From positions 840,001 through 872,000 of the forward strand of contig CP065004.1 in the NCBI GenBank assembly GCA_016700135.1: DNA of 32,000 bases. The letters run 5' to 3'. Both the position numbers and the translations under genes were made by a program. The first letter of the stretch is position 1; each line of letters opens with the position of its first letter. Under the pieces are notes generated by a model that saw nothing but the letters and a program-made list of their open reading frames with translations, had not been told where the DNA came from and made no database searches. Origin of the DNA: Candidatus Saccharimonadota bacterium. Lineage in GTDB: Bacteria > Patescibacteriota > Microgenomatia > UBA1406 > GWC2-37-13. Positions 1-10,204 of this stretch are shown here, piece after piece.

Positions 1-159
1 ATCTCGCCGTCTCTTCCTCCATCGAAACAATGTCCTTCGTGATATCCCATATGCATCAACTGCAGCTTGTATCCCGTACTTCTCTGCAAATGTCAGAACA
101 TCGTTTCGATTGTGCTACATCTGACTGATTGTAGTCTGATAGAGATCGTATCTTTTCAT
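1..159 (-). pseudogene. Partial transposase/integrase N-terminus (HTH) running off the window start, with an in-frame TAG
   Basis: The minus strand from ATG 159-157 reads MKRYDLYQTTISQM*HNRNDVLTFAEKYGIQAAVDAYGISRRTLFRWRKRRRD... The GISRRTLFRWRKR helix-turn-helix is typical of IS481/IS3-type transposase N-termini. The TAG at 115-117 is in frame. Confidence 0.35.
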
Positions 160-274
160 AAGATCTCTATTGTACTGCCAGTCATAACTCCTAATTACTC
201 AAGCTGATCTCTCCCATTTACTCATAGATGTTAGTTCCCTATGAGTGCCATATCTTTCGTAACTTATTCAGATG

Positions 275-303
275 TTGACAAATTTCAGAGCAGCAGTTAT
301 TAT
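275..303 (+). promoter_or_regulatory. Sigma70-like promoter upstream of the csoR remnant (TTGACA-N17-TATTAT)
   Basis: TTGACA at 275-280, a 17-nt spacer, TATTAT at 298-303, about 40 nt upstream of ATG 343. Confidence 0.4.
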
Positions 304-342
304 GTTTTAACCTATTAGGATTAATAAAAATAACATTTGAAT

Positions 343-605
343 ATGGTTAAAATAAAAATAATAAACACAGGGTGCTTCATCGTTTGAAGATTGTCCGGGA
401 CATCTGGAAAAATTATTGAAATGGTTGAGAAAGATACCTACTGCATTGAGATTCTTCACCAATCACTGGCGGTACAGAAGGCTTTGAAATCTCTTGATTC
501 AACGATCATGGAAGAACATTTAGGGACGTGCGCTATTGATCAGGTGAAAAAGGTCAGAAGGATCAATTCGTGAAAGAACTTGTAGAAATTTATAAATATA
601 AATGA
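343..605 (+). pseudogene. csoR: CsoR/RcnR-family (DUF156) copper-sensing repressor, broken by about four frameshifts
   Basis: Pieces in three frames together spell a CsoR. They are MVK.. (from 343), NKHRVLHRLKIVR (frame of 363), GTSGKIIEMVEKDTYCIEILHQSLAVQKALKSLDSTIMEEHLGTCAIDQ (ORF 391-573) and GEKGQKDQFVKELVEIYKYK* (ending at 605). The frame changes sit at short A or G runs. Confidence 0.7.
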
Positions 606-660
606 CAGTGCGTTGAAAAGAACACTGTCATCCCGGACATAGATCCGGAATCCAAAGCTT

Positions 661-2025
661 ATGAAAACAGCTACCTGCACTTATTTTGTTTCAGGAATGC
701 ATTGCGGATCTTGTGAGGTACTCCTGCAAAAGATCTCCAAACTCAAAGGAGTTTCGGATGTAAAAGCTTCTTTACAGGACGGATCGGTACAGATCTCTTA
801 CCATAAAGGTCACAAACCGCAGGTTTCTGAATTGAATGATGAATTCTCGGAACTGGGTTACTTTTCTCCAAACAGGAAACAGTACCGGACAGACACAAAA
901 CACCTGGACTCAGGCAATTGTGTTTATGGTGCTTTTCGGTATTTTGTACATTATCGTTGAGGATACAAAAATATTTGCCAGGTTTACTCTGGATGAGAGT
1001 TCCTCTCTCCCGCCTTTTTCGGTTTGGGAGTTATTGCCAGTCTGTCCAGTTGTGCCGCGTTAGTGGGCGGGTACTCCTTGCAATGTCAAAACAGTGGAAT
1101 GAGCTCTATGGCGGTGTTGATGAGGGAAAGCGGTTAACACCGTTTGTTCTCTTCAACGTCGGGAGACTTGTTTCTTTTGCGGTACTCGGAGGACTCCTGG
1201 GAGTCATCGGCTCATTTTTCAGTTGTCATTACAGTTTACTGCCGTACTTATCATTGTCGTTTCTTTGGTAATGGGGCTTGTAGGACTGCAGATGCTGGGG
1301 ATTTCCCTGGGCGAAGAAGAGAATACGTCTTGGCTTCCCTCGATTTATTTCCGGGTATGCATCTGATGAACGGAATTTCAAAGGGAAATACATGCCCTTT
1401 GTCTCCGGAGCCTTAACCTTCTTTTGCCGTGCGGTTTTACCCTGATGGCACAAAGTATTGCGCTTACCTCCGGCAATTTCTGACCAGTTCGGTGATGATG
1501 TCAGCATTTGCAATCGGTACTCTCCCCGTCCTTGCGGGGATCAGTTTCTCGAGTTTTAAACTGCAGAAAAGTTCATCATTCGGCGGGACGTTCAATCTTA
1601 TTGCCGGTCTTTTTATTCTACTTTTCGGGTTTTACAACATCAATGCCCAGTTCAACGTGCTCGGACTGCCGAGTATGAGTGATGTTTTTGCCCGAACATC
1701 ATCCGATTCTCCAGCAGGTACTTCGCTCGGGGTGACCATGAAAGGTGAAGGCGAAAATCAGTATCAGGAACTGACCATGATGGCAAAAGAATTCGAGTAT
1801 TTTCCGAAAACGATCAAACTCAAGGCGGGTGTTCCGACAAAGTTGACAGTCCTGAATAACAATGTGGTCGGTTGCGCCCAGGCAATGTGGCTGGGAGGGT
1901 TGTACGATGAGGTGATCTATTTAAACAAACCAAGATCCGAAGCTGAGTTTACCCCGGAAAAAGGAACATACAAAATCAGTTGTACGATGGGCATGGTTCC
2001 CCCCGTCATGGTACGTGTAGAGTAA
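661..2025 (+). pseudogene. HMA domain + TauE/SafE(DsbD)-like membrane core + C-terminal cupredoxin-like domain; multiply frameshifted
   Basis: 661-960 starts with a GMHCGSC heavy-metal-associated domain. ORFs 836-1063, 918-1271, 1144-1416 and 1429-2025, in different frames, carry consecutive parts of one protein: FGLGVIASLSSCAALVGG, FNVGRLVSFAVLGGLLGVIG, PCGFTLMAQSIALTSGNF and AFAIGTLPVLAGISF. The intact tail reads EFEYFPKTIKLKAGVPTKLTVLNNNVVGC...ISCTMGM. There are at least six frame changes between ~840 and ~1490. Confidence 0.7.
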
Positions 2026-2046
2026 GTTACTAATTCATCCCTTTTT

Positions 2047-4443
2047 ATGATTAAAAAAATATTTCCGATAGTCGGCATGCATTGTGCATCCTGTAAAGCC
2101 CTCATTGAAGATGTAGTGAGCGATGTAGACGGAGTAACTGATGTGAAGGTCAACTATGCTGCAGAAAAAATGACTGTCTCATATGATGAAGCGAAAGTAA
2201 GCATTGAGGATTTGAAAAAAGCAGTTGCCAGCGCCGGAACCTATCAACTGGTAGACAATACCGAAGGGAAAACGGTACTTGCTTCTCCACCCGAAGCGAA
2301 AAAGATAGAAGAAGACAAAAACCATATGAATATGCACGAGGGACATGATATGGGCGGTCATCATGATCATGGGGTGCCGCTTGATGAGCAGATGAGACAT
2401 GATATGTATCAAAATCTGAAGAAAAGAGTCGTGCTGATCGGTTTGGGAGCACTTCCGTTTTTAGGAATCATGTTCTGGATGCTGTTCGGAATGGATCTCG
2501 GGCTGCCCGATCCGATGATGGTTTTCGGAGATATTTCTCTCGAAAATGCCGAAATATCAATTCCGTTATTCAATCTGTTACAGTTTTTTCTTGCAACTCC
2601 AATTCTTTTTATCGGAGGGCGTGAGATTTTCCAAAGTGCGATAAGCGCGGCCAAAATAAAAGCTACCAATATGGATACTCTTATTGCAATCGGGACTTTT
2701 GCTGCGTGGTTGTATTCGACGGTAGTGACGTTTTATCCTGCTGCATTCGCCGGAATTGAAGGAGGGACGGAGGCCTACTATGAAGCCGCGGTATTTATTA
2801 TTTTCTTTATCATGCTCGGCCGGCTGCTTGAGATGAGATCGAAAGGACAGGCAGCTGATGCCATTAAAGCCCTACTTCACCTGCAGGCAAAAGAAGCAAC
2901 CGTCATCCGTGACGGCCGGGAACTGATAATCCCGGTAGAGCAAGTCATGACCGGAGATATCATCATCGTCAAACCGGGACAGAAACTGCCGGTAGACGGC
3001 GTGATTGTTGAAGGCTCCTCATCAATAGATGAATCGATGGTGACCGGTGAGTCTCTCCCGGTTGAAAAGAAGATCGATGATGAAGTCATCGGTGCCACGA
3101 TCAACAAATCGGGAACATTCAGATATAAAGCGACAAAAGTAGGCTCAGAAACACTTCTTTCACAGATTATCCAGATGGTCGAAGAAGCACAGGCCACCGA
3201 AGCTCCTATCCAAAAACTTGCCGACAAAGTAGCTTCAGTATTCGTACCGATTGTCATGGTAATAGCAGCACTGGCATGGGTATTCTGGTACTTCATTGCC
3301 CCACAGTTCGGACTGATCGCAGATGCCAACACGTTTCAGCTTGCAACATACATCGCCATAACAGTCCTTATCATTGCCTGTCCCTGTGCTCTGGGCCTTG
3401 CCACACCGACAGCCGTCATGGTCGGTACGGGACATGCAGCTCAACAGGGAATCCTCGTCAAGGATGCTCAGGCACTTGAGATTGCACACAAGCTTGAAAT
3501 CATTGTTTTTGATAAAACCGGAACTCTGACTAAGGGAGCTCCAGAAGTTCAGACGCTCGAACTTACTGATGAATCATATGCTTCACTCCTCTACTCTATT
3601 GAAAAAGAGTCTCATCATCCTCTTGCAGAGGCAGTCGTCCGGTATTTTGAAGACAAAAAAAATGTTTCCGTGATGAAAGTGGATCATTTTGACGACATAT
3701 CCGGAAAAGGAATTGAAGCGCAGATACAAGGCAAAAAAATACTAGTCGGAACGGAACGCCTTATGAAGGAAAAGTCCGTCACTATTTCTGCTGACGATAA
3801 AAAACTGGCTGAGTCGCTTCGCTCGAAAGCTCAGACCGTTTCGTTTTTTTCAGTCGACGGCACGGTTAGCGGTGTTATCGGAATTGCCGATACTATCAAA
3901 GAAGATGCAAAAGCTGCGGTAGCGCGTCTGCATGATATGGGTTTGAGGACGGTCATGATAACCGGCGACAATACCGTGACAGCTCAGGCTGTGGCAAAAG
4001 AACTGGGTATAGATGAGGTTCTTGCTGAAGTGCTTCCGGGCGATAAAGCCGCAAAGATAAAGGAATTACAAAAAAACGGCTCGCTCGTCGCCATGGTGGG
4101 AGACGGTATAAACGATGCTCCGGCTCTTGCGCAGGCTGATGTCGGCATCGCGATGGGAACCGGTACTGATGTGGCGATCGCAACTGGAGATATTGTGCTT
4201 GTAAAAGGCACGCTTGAAAAAGTAGTCGAATCAATTGATGTTTCAAAAAAGACCTTGCGCATTATCAAACAAAATCTGTTTTGGGCGTTCGGATACAATG
4301 TCGTCGGAATACCGGTTGCGGCTGGAGTTCTTTTTGTACCGTTCGGGTTGCTTCTCTCCCCGATTATTGCCAGTATTGCAATGGCATTCAGTTCGATATC
4401 AGTTGTTTCAAACAGCTTACGTTTAAGGTATTTAGTTCGATAA
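2047..4443 (+). CDS. copA: Copper-translocating P1B-type ATPase
   Basis: 798-aa ORF. It has an N-terminal GMHCASC HMA domain, a His-rich linker ([17 protein letters not shown]), the CPC motif ([13 protein letters not shown]), the DKTGTLT phosphorylation site and the GDGINDAP hinge. Confidence 0.95.
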   Translation: MIKKIFPIVGMHCASCKALIEDVVSDVDGVTDVKVNYAAEKMTVSYDEAKVSIEDLKKAVASAGTYQLVDNTEGKTVLASPPEAKKIEEDKNHMNMHEGHDMGGHHDHGVPLDEQMRHDMYQNLKKRVVLIGLGALPFLGIMFWMLFGMDLGLPDPMMVFGDISLENAEISIPLFNLLQFFLATPILFIGGREIFQSAISAAKIKATNMDTLIAIGTFAAWLYSTVVTFYPAAFAGIEGGTEAYYEAAVFIIFFIMLGRLLEMRSKGQAADAIKALLHLQAKEATVIRDGRELIIPVEQVMTGDIIIVKPGQKLPVDGVIVEGSSSIDESMVTGESLPVEKKIDDEVIGATINKSGTFRYKATKVGSETLLSQIIQMVEEAQATEAPIQKLADKVASVFVPIVMVIAALAWVFWYFIAPQFGLIADANTFQLATYIAITVLIIACPCALGLATPTAVMVGTGHAAQQGILVKDAQALEIAHKLEIIVFDKTGTLTKGAPEVQTLELTDESYASLLYSIEKESHHPLAEAVVRYFEDKKNVSVMKVDHFDDISGKGIEAQIQGKKILVGTERLMKEKSVTISADDKKLAESLRSKAQTVSFFSVDGTVSGVIGIADTIKEDAKAAVARLHDMGLRTVMITGDNTVTAQAVAKELGIDEVLAEVLPGDKAAKIKELQKNGSLVAMVGDGINDAPALAQADVGIAMGTGTDVAIATGDIVLVKGTLEKVVESIDVSKKTLRIIKQNLFWAFGYNVVGIPVAAGVLFVPFGLLLSPIIASIAMAFSSISVVSNSLRLRYLVR

Positions 4444-4906
4444 TTTACACGTTCCTCACATTCAATACGTATACTTTCTTAATTGTTAATTGAGTTTAGT
4501 ATATGAATATTAATGAGGTGAAATCATTCGTACAGGAACATGACTGGAGAATTCTCATGACTTCCCTAGGACTGGCGGTAATCGCAACGTTGTCTCCTGA
4601 TTACGAGACCGAAGTTGTATATGAAGTATGTGCCGATCACGCAATACAGTCACCCGCTTCACCGGTACCTATTTTTTCTTCGGTATCTGCAGATACACAA
4701 TGATTGCAAGGAGGAGAAAGATCAGAAACGGCAGGATCTGAATAAAGGTAAGACTCAGTAAAGCCAAAACGGCAAAAGCGATCAGCAGACTTTTAAGCGG
4801 CTTCTGTTCTCCAAGTGCTTTATTGATAGCATCAAGAACTGTTTGCATATGTGTATATTGTATCAGGTATGATCGGTTTGAGACAGTTTATGGCATACTA
4901 TCCCGT

Positions 4907-5611
4907 TCAAATTGTATATAAAAAGTACGGCATCGCATTTTTTTTCTGAAGGAGAACCTGTTGGGAAACATTAAAAACCGGGACTTTTTCATTTAGCATA
5001 CCTTTCGGACTTCCGTGATGGGCATGGCCATGGAAAACTACAGCTGCACCGTATCTGTTTATCGGGCTTGCCAAACGTGAACAGCCCAGATACGGAAAGA
5101 TTTCAGGCGGCTCTCCTTTGACGGTCGCTGAAATCGGTGCATAGTGCATGAGTACGACTTTTTTTTCCGTTGAAAGTCTCGAAAGAGCTTTCTCGAGGAG
5201 TATTGATTCGTCCAGGCTCTCCTGGACAAAATCCTTAATTATTTTTTCTCCCCAGGGAGTGAGCATATAATTATCAAAACCGCCGCAGAATCCCTTGATC
5301 CCGGCAAAGCCCACATCCTGTATGATTGTGGAATCACCGTCTAGAACGGTCACGTGTGTTTGCTGTAAAGCTTCTTTCAGCTTGTTACCCTGCCCGCTTT
5401 CTACATCATGATTTCCGAAAACGGCAACGGTCGGAATAGTGCAGGCTTCAAGATCTTCAATCAGAATTGAAAGTTCACTTTCGAGTCCGCGATCTGTAAG
5501 GTCACCGCACAACAGGAGTACATCTGCTTTGGATGAAATTTCCTGGAAAAGTGGCCGGTATTCTCCGCGTATTTCTCTGACGTGAAGATCTGCGGTTGCA
5601 GCAATTTTCAT
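4907..5611 (-). CDS. Calcineurin-like metallophosphoesterase
   Basis: Motifs DLH, GDLTDRG, GNHD and GHAHHG occur in canonical order. The start overlaps the stop of the upstream gene by 4 nt (ATGA at 5608-5611). Confidence 0.85.
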   Translation of the reverse strand: MKIAATADLHVREIRGEYRPLFQEISSKADVLLLCGDLTDRGLESELSILIEDLEACTIPTVAVFGNHDVESGQGNKLKEALQQTHVTVLDGDSTIIQDVGFAGIKGFCGGFDNYMLTPWGEKIIKDFVQESLDESILLEKALSRLSTEKKVVLMHYAPISATVKGEPPEIFPYLGCSRLASPINRYGAAVVFHGHAHHGSPKGMLNEKVPVFNVSQQVLLQKKNAMPYFLYTI

Positions 5612-6366
5612 GATTTACGTTCAAAAAACTGAGTAATATCTTTATAACCCCAGTCGGTGTAAGCGATTTCATATTGTCTGTGGGAAAGGATAGATCCGCG
5701 ACAGACCTTATCTTCAGGAGGCGGTATTGCCATCTGATGCTTTACCCGGGATAGAAGTTCTTTCATAATCCATTCGGGAACTATGTGGCGATCCGCAGGA
5801 TAGGTAAACCTGAAAAGCAGAAGCTGTATAAGCAGTACTTCCCAATACGGTTCCATGTGTGTCAGAATGCGCTTCCAATCAAGAGTATCCCCGCACCGAA
5901 GTATCAAATGCGTGACATCCGCTCCGTCAAACTGACTTCTGCCCATGCGATAGGCTTTACTTACGATTAGTTCTTCCGGTGGTGTGATACGGATAGACAA
6001 CCCCAGCACGTTTCCTGTCGGTGCCCGGCTGAACCATCCGTCAGTAATAGGCCACATGCTGGGAATTGAGCCGAAGATAATATCGGCAAAATAATGTCCC
6101 TGATAGACCTTTGCCAGCCAGCGATCATCCTTAATTGATACCTTGAATCCCTTATCCTGAAATTTTTTTAAAATGCGCGGATAATCACCGGCTTTACAGA
6201 AAATATCAATATCTTTGGTCGGGCGGTCAATATCTGTATAGTATTTGACGGCATATGTTCCCCCGATTACAAAAGGAATTTTAAATCCTGATAATGTTTC
6301 AAGGAAGACCCGATAAAACTTTTCGGCTTTTTTTTCATACTCAGGAGTAATTCCGATACTGGTCAT
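5608..6366 (-). CDS. Pol-beta-fold nucleotidyltransferase family protein
   Basis: IGGTYAVKYYTDIDRPTKDIDIF fits the G[GS]..DxD NTase signature. The start was placed at ATG 6366 (MTSIGITPEY...) because the longer ORF to 6585 overlaps nadD and the divergent intergenic region. Confidence 0.6.
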   Translation of the reverse strand: MTSIGITPEYEKKAEKFYRVFLETLSGFKIPFVIGGTYAVKYYTDIDRPTKDIDIFCKAGDYPRILKKFQDKGFKVSIKDDRWLAKVYQGHYFADIIFGSIPSMWPITDGWFSRAPTGNVLGLSIRITPPEELIVSKAYRMGRSQFDGADVTHLILRCGDTLDWKRILTHMEPYWEVLLIQLLLFRFTYPADRHIVPEWIMKELLSRVKHQMAIPPPEDKVCRGSILSHRQYEIAYTDWGYKDITQFFERKS

Positions 6367-6462
6367 GAGGTGATAATAGGCAGAGATTGTGAAGATTACC
6401 GTTGGAAATAGATGAATATTCTGTAAATTAGTTCTTTTTTTCCGTGATAGAATAATAACGAT

Positions 6463-7059
6463 ATGAAAATCGGTATTCTGGGAGGTACATTTGATCCTCC
6501 GCATGTCGGCCATCTGATTGCTGCAAGCCAAATCAAAGAACGCATGAAGTTTGATCAGATGTGGCTGATGCCTGTAGCTTCCCATGCCTTTGATAAAAAA
6601 CTTTCATCTGCCAAACACAGGTTGAAAATGACTGAAATTGTCTCGTATGACGGTATCCTTGCTTCTGACTATGAAATTAAGCTCGGCGGTGTAAGTTCGA
6701 CATATCACACGATGAAGTATCTCCACGAAGAGCATCCGGATGATACTTTTTATTTTTGTATGGGGTCAGACTTGCTGGCGGACTTTCATAAATGGAATGA
6801 TTGGGAGGCACTTGTTGAGGAAAATAATTTTGTGATTTATCCGCGGGGTCGTGACTATGAATATCTTGAAAAAAAGGTTCAGGATGTCATGGGAGCAAAC
6901 AGAATGTCACATATCACGATCATCGCCGGACAGGACGTCGTTATAACCAATGTATCCTCTACTCTGGTGAGAAGCCGGCTCAAAAAAAAACAGTCGGTCA
7001 AGTATCTTGTTCCTGAAGAAGTCATTTCGTATATTACAACTCATAACCTTTATAAATGA
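6463..7059 (+). CDS. nadD: Nicotinate-nucleotide adenylyltransferase
   Basis: GGTFDPPHVGH (HxGH) and SSTLVRSR (ISSTxxR-like) motifs. An in-frame A9 run at 6982-6990 is intact. Confidence 0.9.
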   Translation: MKIGILGGTFDPPHVGHLIAASQIKERMKFDQMWLMPVASHAFDKKLSSAKHRLKMTEIVSYDGILASDYEIKLGGVSSTYHTMKYLHEEHPDDTFYFCMGSDLLADFHKWNDWEALVEENNFVIYPRGRDYEYLEKKVQDVMGANRMSHITIIAGQDVVITNVSSTLVRSRLKKKQSVKYLVPEEVISYITTHNLYK

Positions 7060-7823
7060 ATAGTATTCCTTCAATCCAAACCACTTCCGAAGTAGCACTT
7101 GCGAAGGCCTTTATACAAACAACGCTCAAGGACACAAAACGTGAAAATGTTATCATAGCTGTTTCTGGAGGCATTGATTCCGCGACGTCGTTATATCTTT
7201 TGAATGAGGCTCTTGATAAAAGAAATATATTTGTCGTTCATCTGTATTATTTTAAAAAGTCGATTGAGGCATTCCATGCGGTGGTAGATCCTATGAAACT
7301 GCCGAAGGAAAACATACTTCTCTACTCTATTAAAAACGTCGTTGACGCGATTGTGCAAAATGTTTCGGCAGAAAATGATCCCGTTCGAACCGGCAATATT
7401 ATGGCAAGGGTTCGCATGCTACACCTGTTTGATCTGGCAAAAAAACATACAGCTTTGGTTTGCGGTACTGAAAACCGTTCGGAATATCACCTGGGATATT
7501 TTACCCGTTTCGGTGATGCAGCTTCTGATTTTGAACTTATCAATCATTTGTATAAAACCCAGGTACGGCAGCTTGCTTCATATCTTCAAGTTCCTCAACC
7601 GATTCTTGATGCTGAGCCGTCAGCCGGGCTTTGGGAAGGTCAGACTGACGAAAAGGAACTGGGGTTTACCTATGAAGAAGCCGATCAGATATTGTATCTT
7701 CATTTTGAGGAAGGAAAGTCAGCGGTTGAGATCAGTGAGCAAGGATTTGAGAATACGGACGCTGTCTTGAGCGTTGTTGAGAAGAACAGTTTTAAGCACA
7801 AAGTGCCGTATGTGATGGGATAA
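7056..7823 (+). CDS. nadE: NH3-dependent NAD+ synthetase
   Basis: SGGIDS ATP-pyrophosphatase motif, a length of ~255 aa, and a 4-nt overlap with nadD. Confidence 0.9.
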   Translation: MNSIPSIQTTSEVALAKAFIQTTLKDTKRENVIIAVSGGIDSATSLYLLNEALDKRNIFVVHLYYFKKSIEAFHAVVDPMKLPKENILLYSIKNVVDAIVQNVSAENDPVRTGNIMARVRMLHLFDLAKKHTALVCGTENRSEYHLGYFTRFGDAASDFELINHLYKTQVRQLASYLQVPQPILDAEPSAGLWEGQTDEKELGFTYEEADQILYLHFEEGKSAVEISEQGFENTDAVLSVVEKNSFKHKVPYVMG

Positions 7824-7844
7824 GATGTATGGCATACTGTACAT

Positions 7845-8444
7845 ATGGAAACCGGAAATCTGGGATTTATGATACCTTCGATATACGACATCATCGAGTT
7901 TATGGTTTTTAGAGCGATTCCGGTAACAACCTTAGCACTGCTTGCCCTTTCAGGAGGAATACGATATAAAACCCACGATAAGACAAATCCTTTATATTAT
8001 GCAAACGGAGTTGTCGCATTAATACTTATCTCTCTTTATGCTTCAGTTTCCGGATTCAATTTTGTATCCGGTTTATTATTTGTAGCAATATTCATTGTTA
8101 TTTTTCTCACTGTCTGTAGTTTTTTTGTTAAGATTTTTTATCTACTGTATGACCGGAAAAAATCGTATGCGTTAACGTATATCTTGATTATTATTGCACT
8201 TTATGTATTCTTCTATCCGAAAGATCAGAACTGGTATCGTAACGAAGAAGAGCGGCTTGTTCCTGCAGTATCATGTGAATGTATCGGATTTTCAGAAGAA
8301 GGAATATACTCATCAGAATACGGTTTTTTTGAAGCCCGGTGTTTCGGAATTCCTGTCCAGTGCCGTGAAAGTATGAAGGATCGCTGCCCGTTCTTGCCTC
8401 CCGATGAAGATTGTATTACAGTTGATGCTTCCGATTTGTCTTAA
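7845..8444 (+). CDS. Hypothetical polytopic membrane protein with a Cys-rich C-terminal tail
   Basis: 199-aa ORF with several hydrophobic helices, followed by CECIGF...CFGIPVQCRESMKDRCPFLPPDEDC. No family recognised. Confidence 0.55.
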   Translation: METGNLGFMIPSIYDIIEFMVFRAIPVTTLALLALSGGIRYKTHDKTNPLYYANGVVALILISLYASVSGFNFVSGLLFVAIFIVIFLTVCSFFVKIFYLLYDRKKSYALTYILIIIALYVFFYPKDQNWYRNEEERLVPAVSCECIGFSEEGIYSSEYGFFEARCFGIPVQCRESMKDRCPFLPPDEDCITVDASDLS

Positions 8445-9553
8445 TATCTTACCATATCACCGATTTTATCCTTTAGTTCCTCAATCCCCTCTCCTGTTAC
8501 GGCTGAAAGAAAATGATACTCCTGGCCTTCAATATTGGAAATGATCTCCTGCTTGTGCTGATTTGAAATCTTATCTGTTTTATTGAAAACGTATAGCTGC
8601 TTTTTGTCACCGATCTCCAATTCCTCAAGTATGTTGTTCACTACGCTGATTTTTTCATACATTTTCGGATCAGAAGCATCAATCACATGCATCAACAGAT
8701 CGGCATGAACTGATTCCATAAGGGTTGATTTGAAGGCATCTATAAGCGAAGGCGGTAAATTTTGGATAAAACCGATCGTATCGGACACCATAATCTCCTG
8801 GCGGAGCAACGGAAGATACAGCTTGCCGACAGTGCTGTCTAGCGTTGCAAACAGTACATCTTTTGCAAGTTTTTCCTTTTTAGCAAGTCTGTTAAATAAT
8901 GTTGTTTTTCCTGCATTTGTGTAACCGACGATAGAAACTGTTTTAAATCCTATCTGTTTGCGACGCTCCAGTTGCCTTTCGCGATTATTGACCAGCTCAG
9001 CCAGTTTATCCCGTGTTGATTTGATGCCGTCACGCCAGTGTCGTTTCATAAGCTCAACATTGGTTTCTCCGGCTCCTCTTGTACCGATGCCGCCTGCCTG
9101 TCGGCCGAGTTCTTCTGACAATCCATACATACGTGGTCCCATATGGTGCATTTGTGCGAGCTGGATCTGCAGCTTTGCTTCAGTGGTACGTGCATGTTTT
9201 GCAAAAATATGCAGGATGAGGTCTACACGATCCCAGACTTCAATATTCGGGTTTACTTTCCAGTATCGCTGTAGTAGTTTGTATTGTTGAGTTGATGTTG
9301 CGATGCCGTTTATGATGACTATATCAATTTTATATTTTGCAATCAGTACGGCCACTTCTTCCGCCTTTCCTGATCCGATATACGTCCCCGGATGAGGATT
9401 TGCGCGTCTTTGAATTATTTCCACAATCTTTCCTCCTCCGAGTGTACCGATCAAAGATACCATTTCATCAAGATCCTGCTTTGCGTCTTCTCTCCTCACG
9501 GTTGGCGGGACCACATCAATCAAAATATATTTTTTTTCCTGATCGTTATGCAT
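8441..9553 (-). CDS. hflX: GTPase HflX
   Basis: HflX N-terminal domain plus GYTNAGKTTLFN (G1), DTIGF (G3) and NKTD (G4). Confidence 0.9.
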   Translation of the reverse strand: MHNDQEKKYILIDVVPPTVRREDAKQDLDEMVSLIGTLGGGKIVEIIQRRANPHPGTYIGSGKAEEVAVLIAKYKIDIVIINGIATSTQQYKLLQRYWKVNPNIEVWDRVDLILHIFAKHARTTEAKLQIQLAQMHHMGPRMYGLSEELGRQAGGIGTRGAGETNVELMKRHWRDGIKSTRDKLAELVNNRERQLERRKQIGFKTVSIVGYTNAGKTTLFNRLAKKEKLAKDVLFATLDSTVGKLYLPLLRQEIMVSDTIGFIQNLPPSLIDAFKSTLMESVHADLLMHVIDASDPKMYEKISVVNNILEELEIGDKKQLYVFNKTDKISNQHKQEIISNIEGQEYHFLSAVTGEGIEELKDKIGDMVRY

Positions 9554-9599
9554 GGTGTAATTATATGATACGTTTCATTGTTGTGGGCATGAATAGCGC

Positions 9600-10127
9600 A
9601 TGGTAAAATATTTTCAAGAAATGCCAATACAAACCGATATTGCCAGGCTTCTTTCCTACAAAGCCGGCGAACATCTTGCTCTCGCAAAAAAAGCTTCAGA
9701 AGAAGTCCATGAACAGATCGAAATCGAACAAAGCATTCAGGCAGTGATTCTTTTTCAGACAGCAATGGAAGCGATTATTAATGAAGAGGTTTATAATCAC
9801 CCGCTTCTCGAAGAGGTCAAACTGGAAGAATATGAACTGAATAAGCGTTATAAATCGCTGTCTTTTAAAAATAAATGGAGGAAGGCCTATGAATCGCTGC
9901 AGATTAAAGATACGGAGCATATTGAAGAGTATCTCCAATTTTACTCAAAATATCGAAGTCCGATCTCTCATCCCCGGAGCAGATACCAGTCACTCGATAA
10001 ATATACTTACAAACATGTCCTGGAAGGAATTGAATCAGGATGGTATGCGGCACAGCTCTTATTTGCCATTCTCGGAAAAGAACTTACTTCATGGAATGAA
10101 TATGCGAAACGTATCGGAATAAAATAA
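9600..10127 (+). CDS. Hypothetical all-alpha protein, possibly HEPN-like
   Basis: 175-aa ORF. It contains an R-x4-H motif (YRSPISH) in a helical context. The assignment is tentative. Confidence 0.45.
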   Translation: MVKYFQEMPIQTDIARLLSYKAGEHLALAKKASEEVHEQIEIEQSIQAVILFQTAMEAIINEEVYNHPLLEEVKLEEYELNKRYKSLSFKNKWRKAYESLQIKDTEHIEEYLQFYSKYRSPISHPRSRYQSLDKYTYKHVLEGIESGWYAAQLLFAILGKELTSWNEYAKRIGIK

Positions 10128-10204
10128 CGGGTTATGCAGTTCTTCTTACAAGTATTTGACCGGCCTATAACACTGCTTTGTACTCCTTCTCTTATTCTTA
10201 AAGC

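Noticed and set aside
2150-4298. Multiple antisense or off-frame ORFs inside copA (e.g. 2150-2452, 2877-3332, 3984-4298)
   Set aside because: They lie wholly within the strongly supported 798-aa copA ORF and show no recognisable motifs. The same applies to similar shadow ORFs inside hflX, phr, the 10535-11380 gene and the Cys-rich gene.
4503-4848. Two mutually overlapping small ORFs: 4503-4703 (+, 66 aa) and 4669-4848 (-, 59 aa; MQTVLDAINKALGEQKPLKSLLIAFAVLALLSLTFIQILPFLIFLLLAIIVYLQIPKKK)
   Set aside because: Neither has recognisable homology or clear expression signals. The minus-strand ORF looks like a small TM protein and is the more plausible. I cannot support either as a confident gene.
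6367-6585. N-terminal extension of the nucleotidyltransferase ORF (5608-6585)
   Set aside because: It overlaps the nadD coding start on the other strand, has no NTase similarity, and an internal ATG at 6366 gives a sensible N-terminus.
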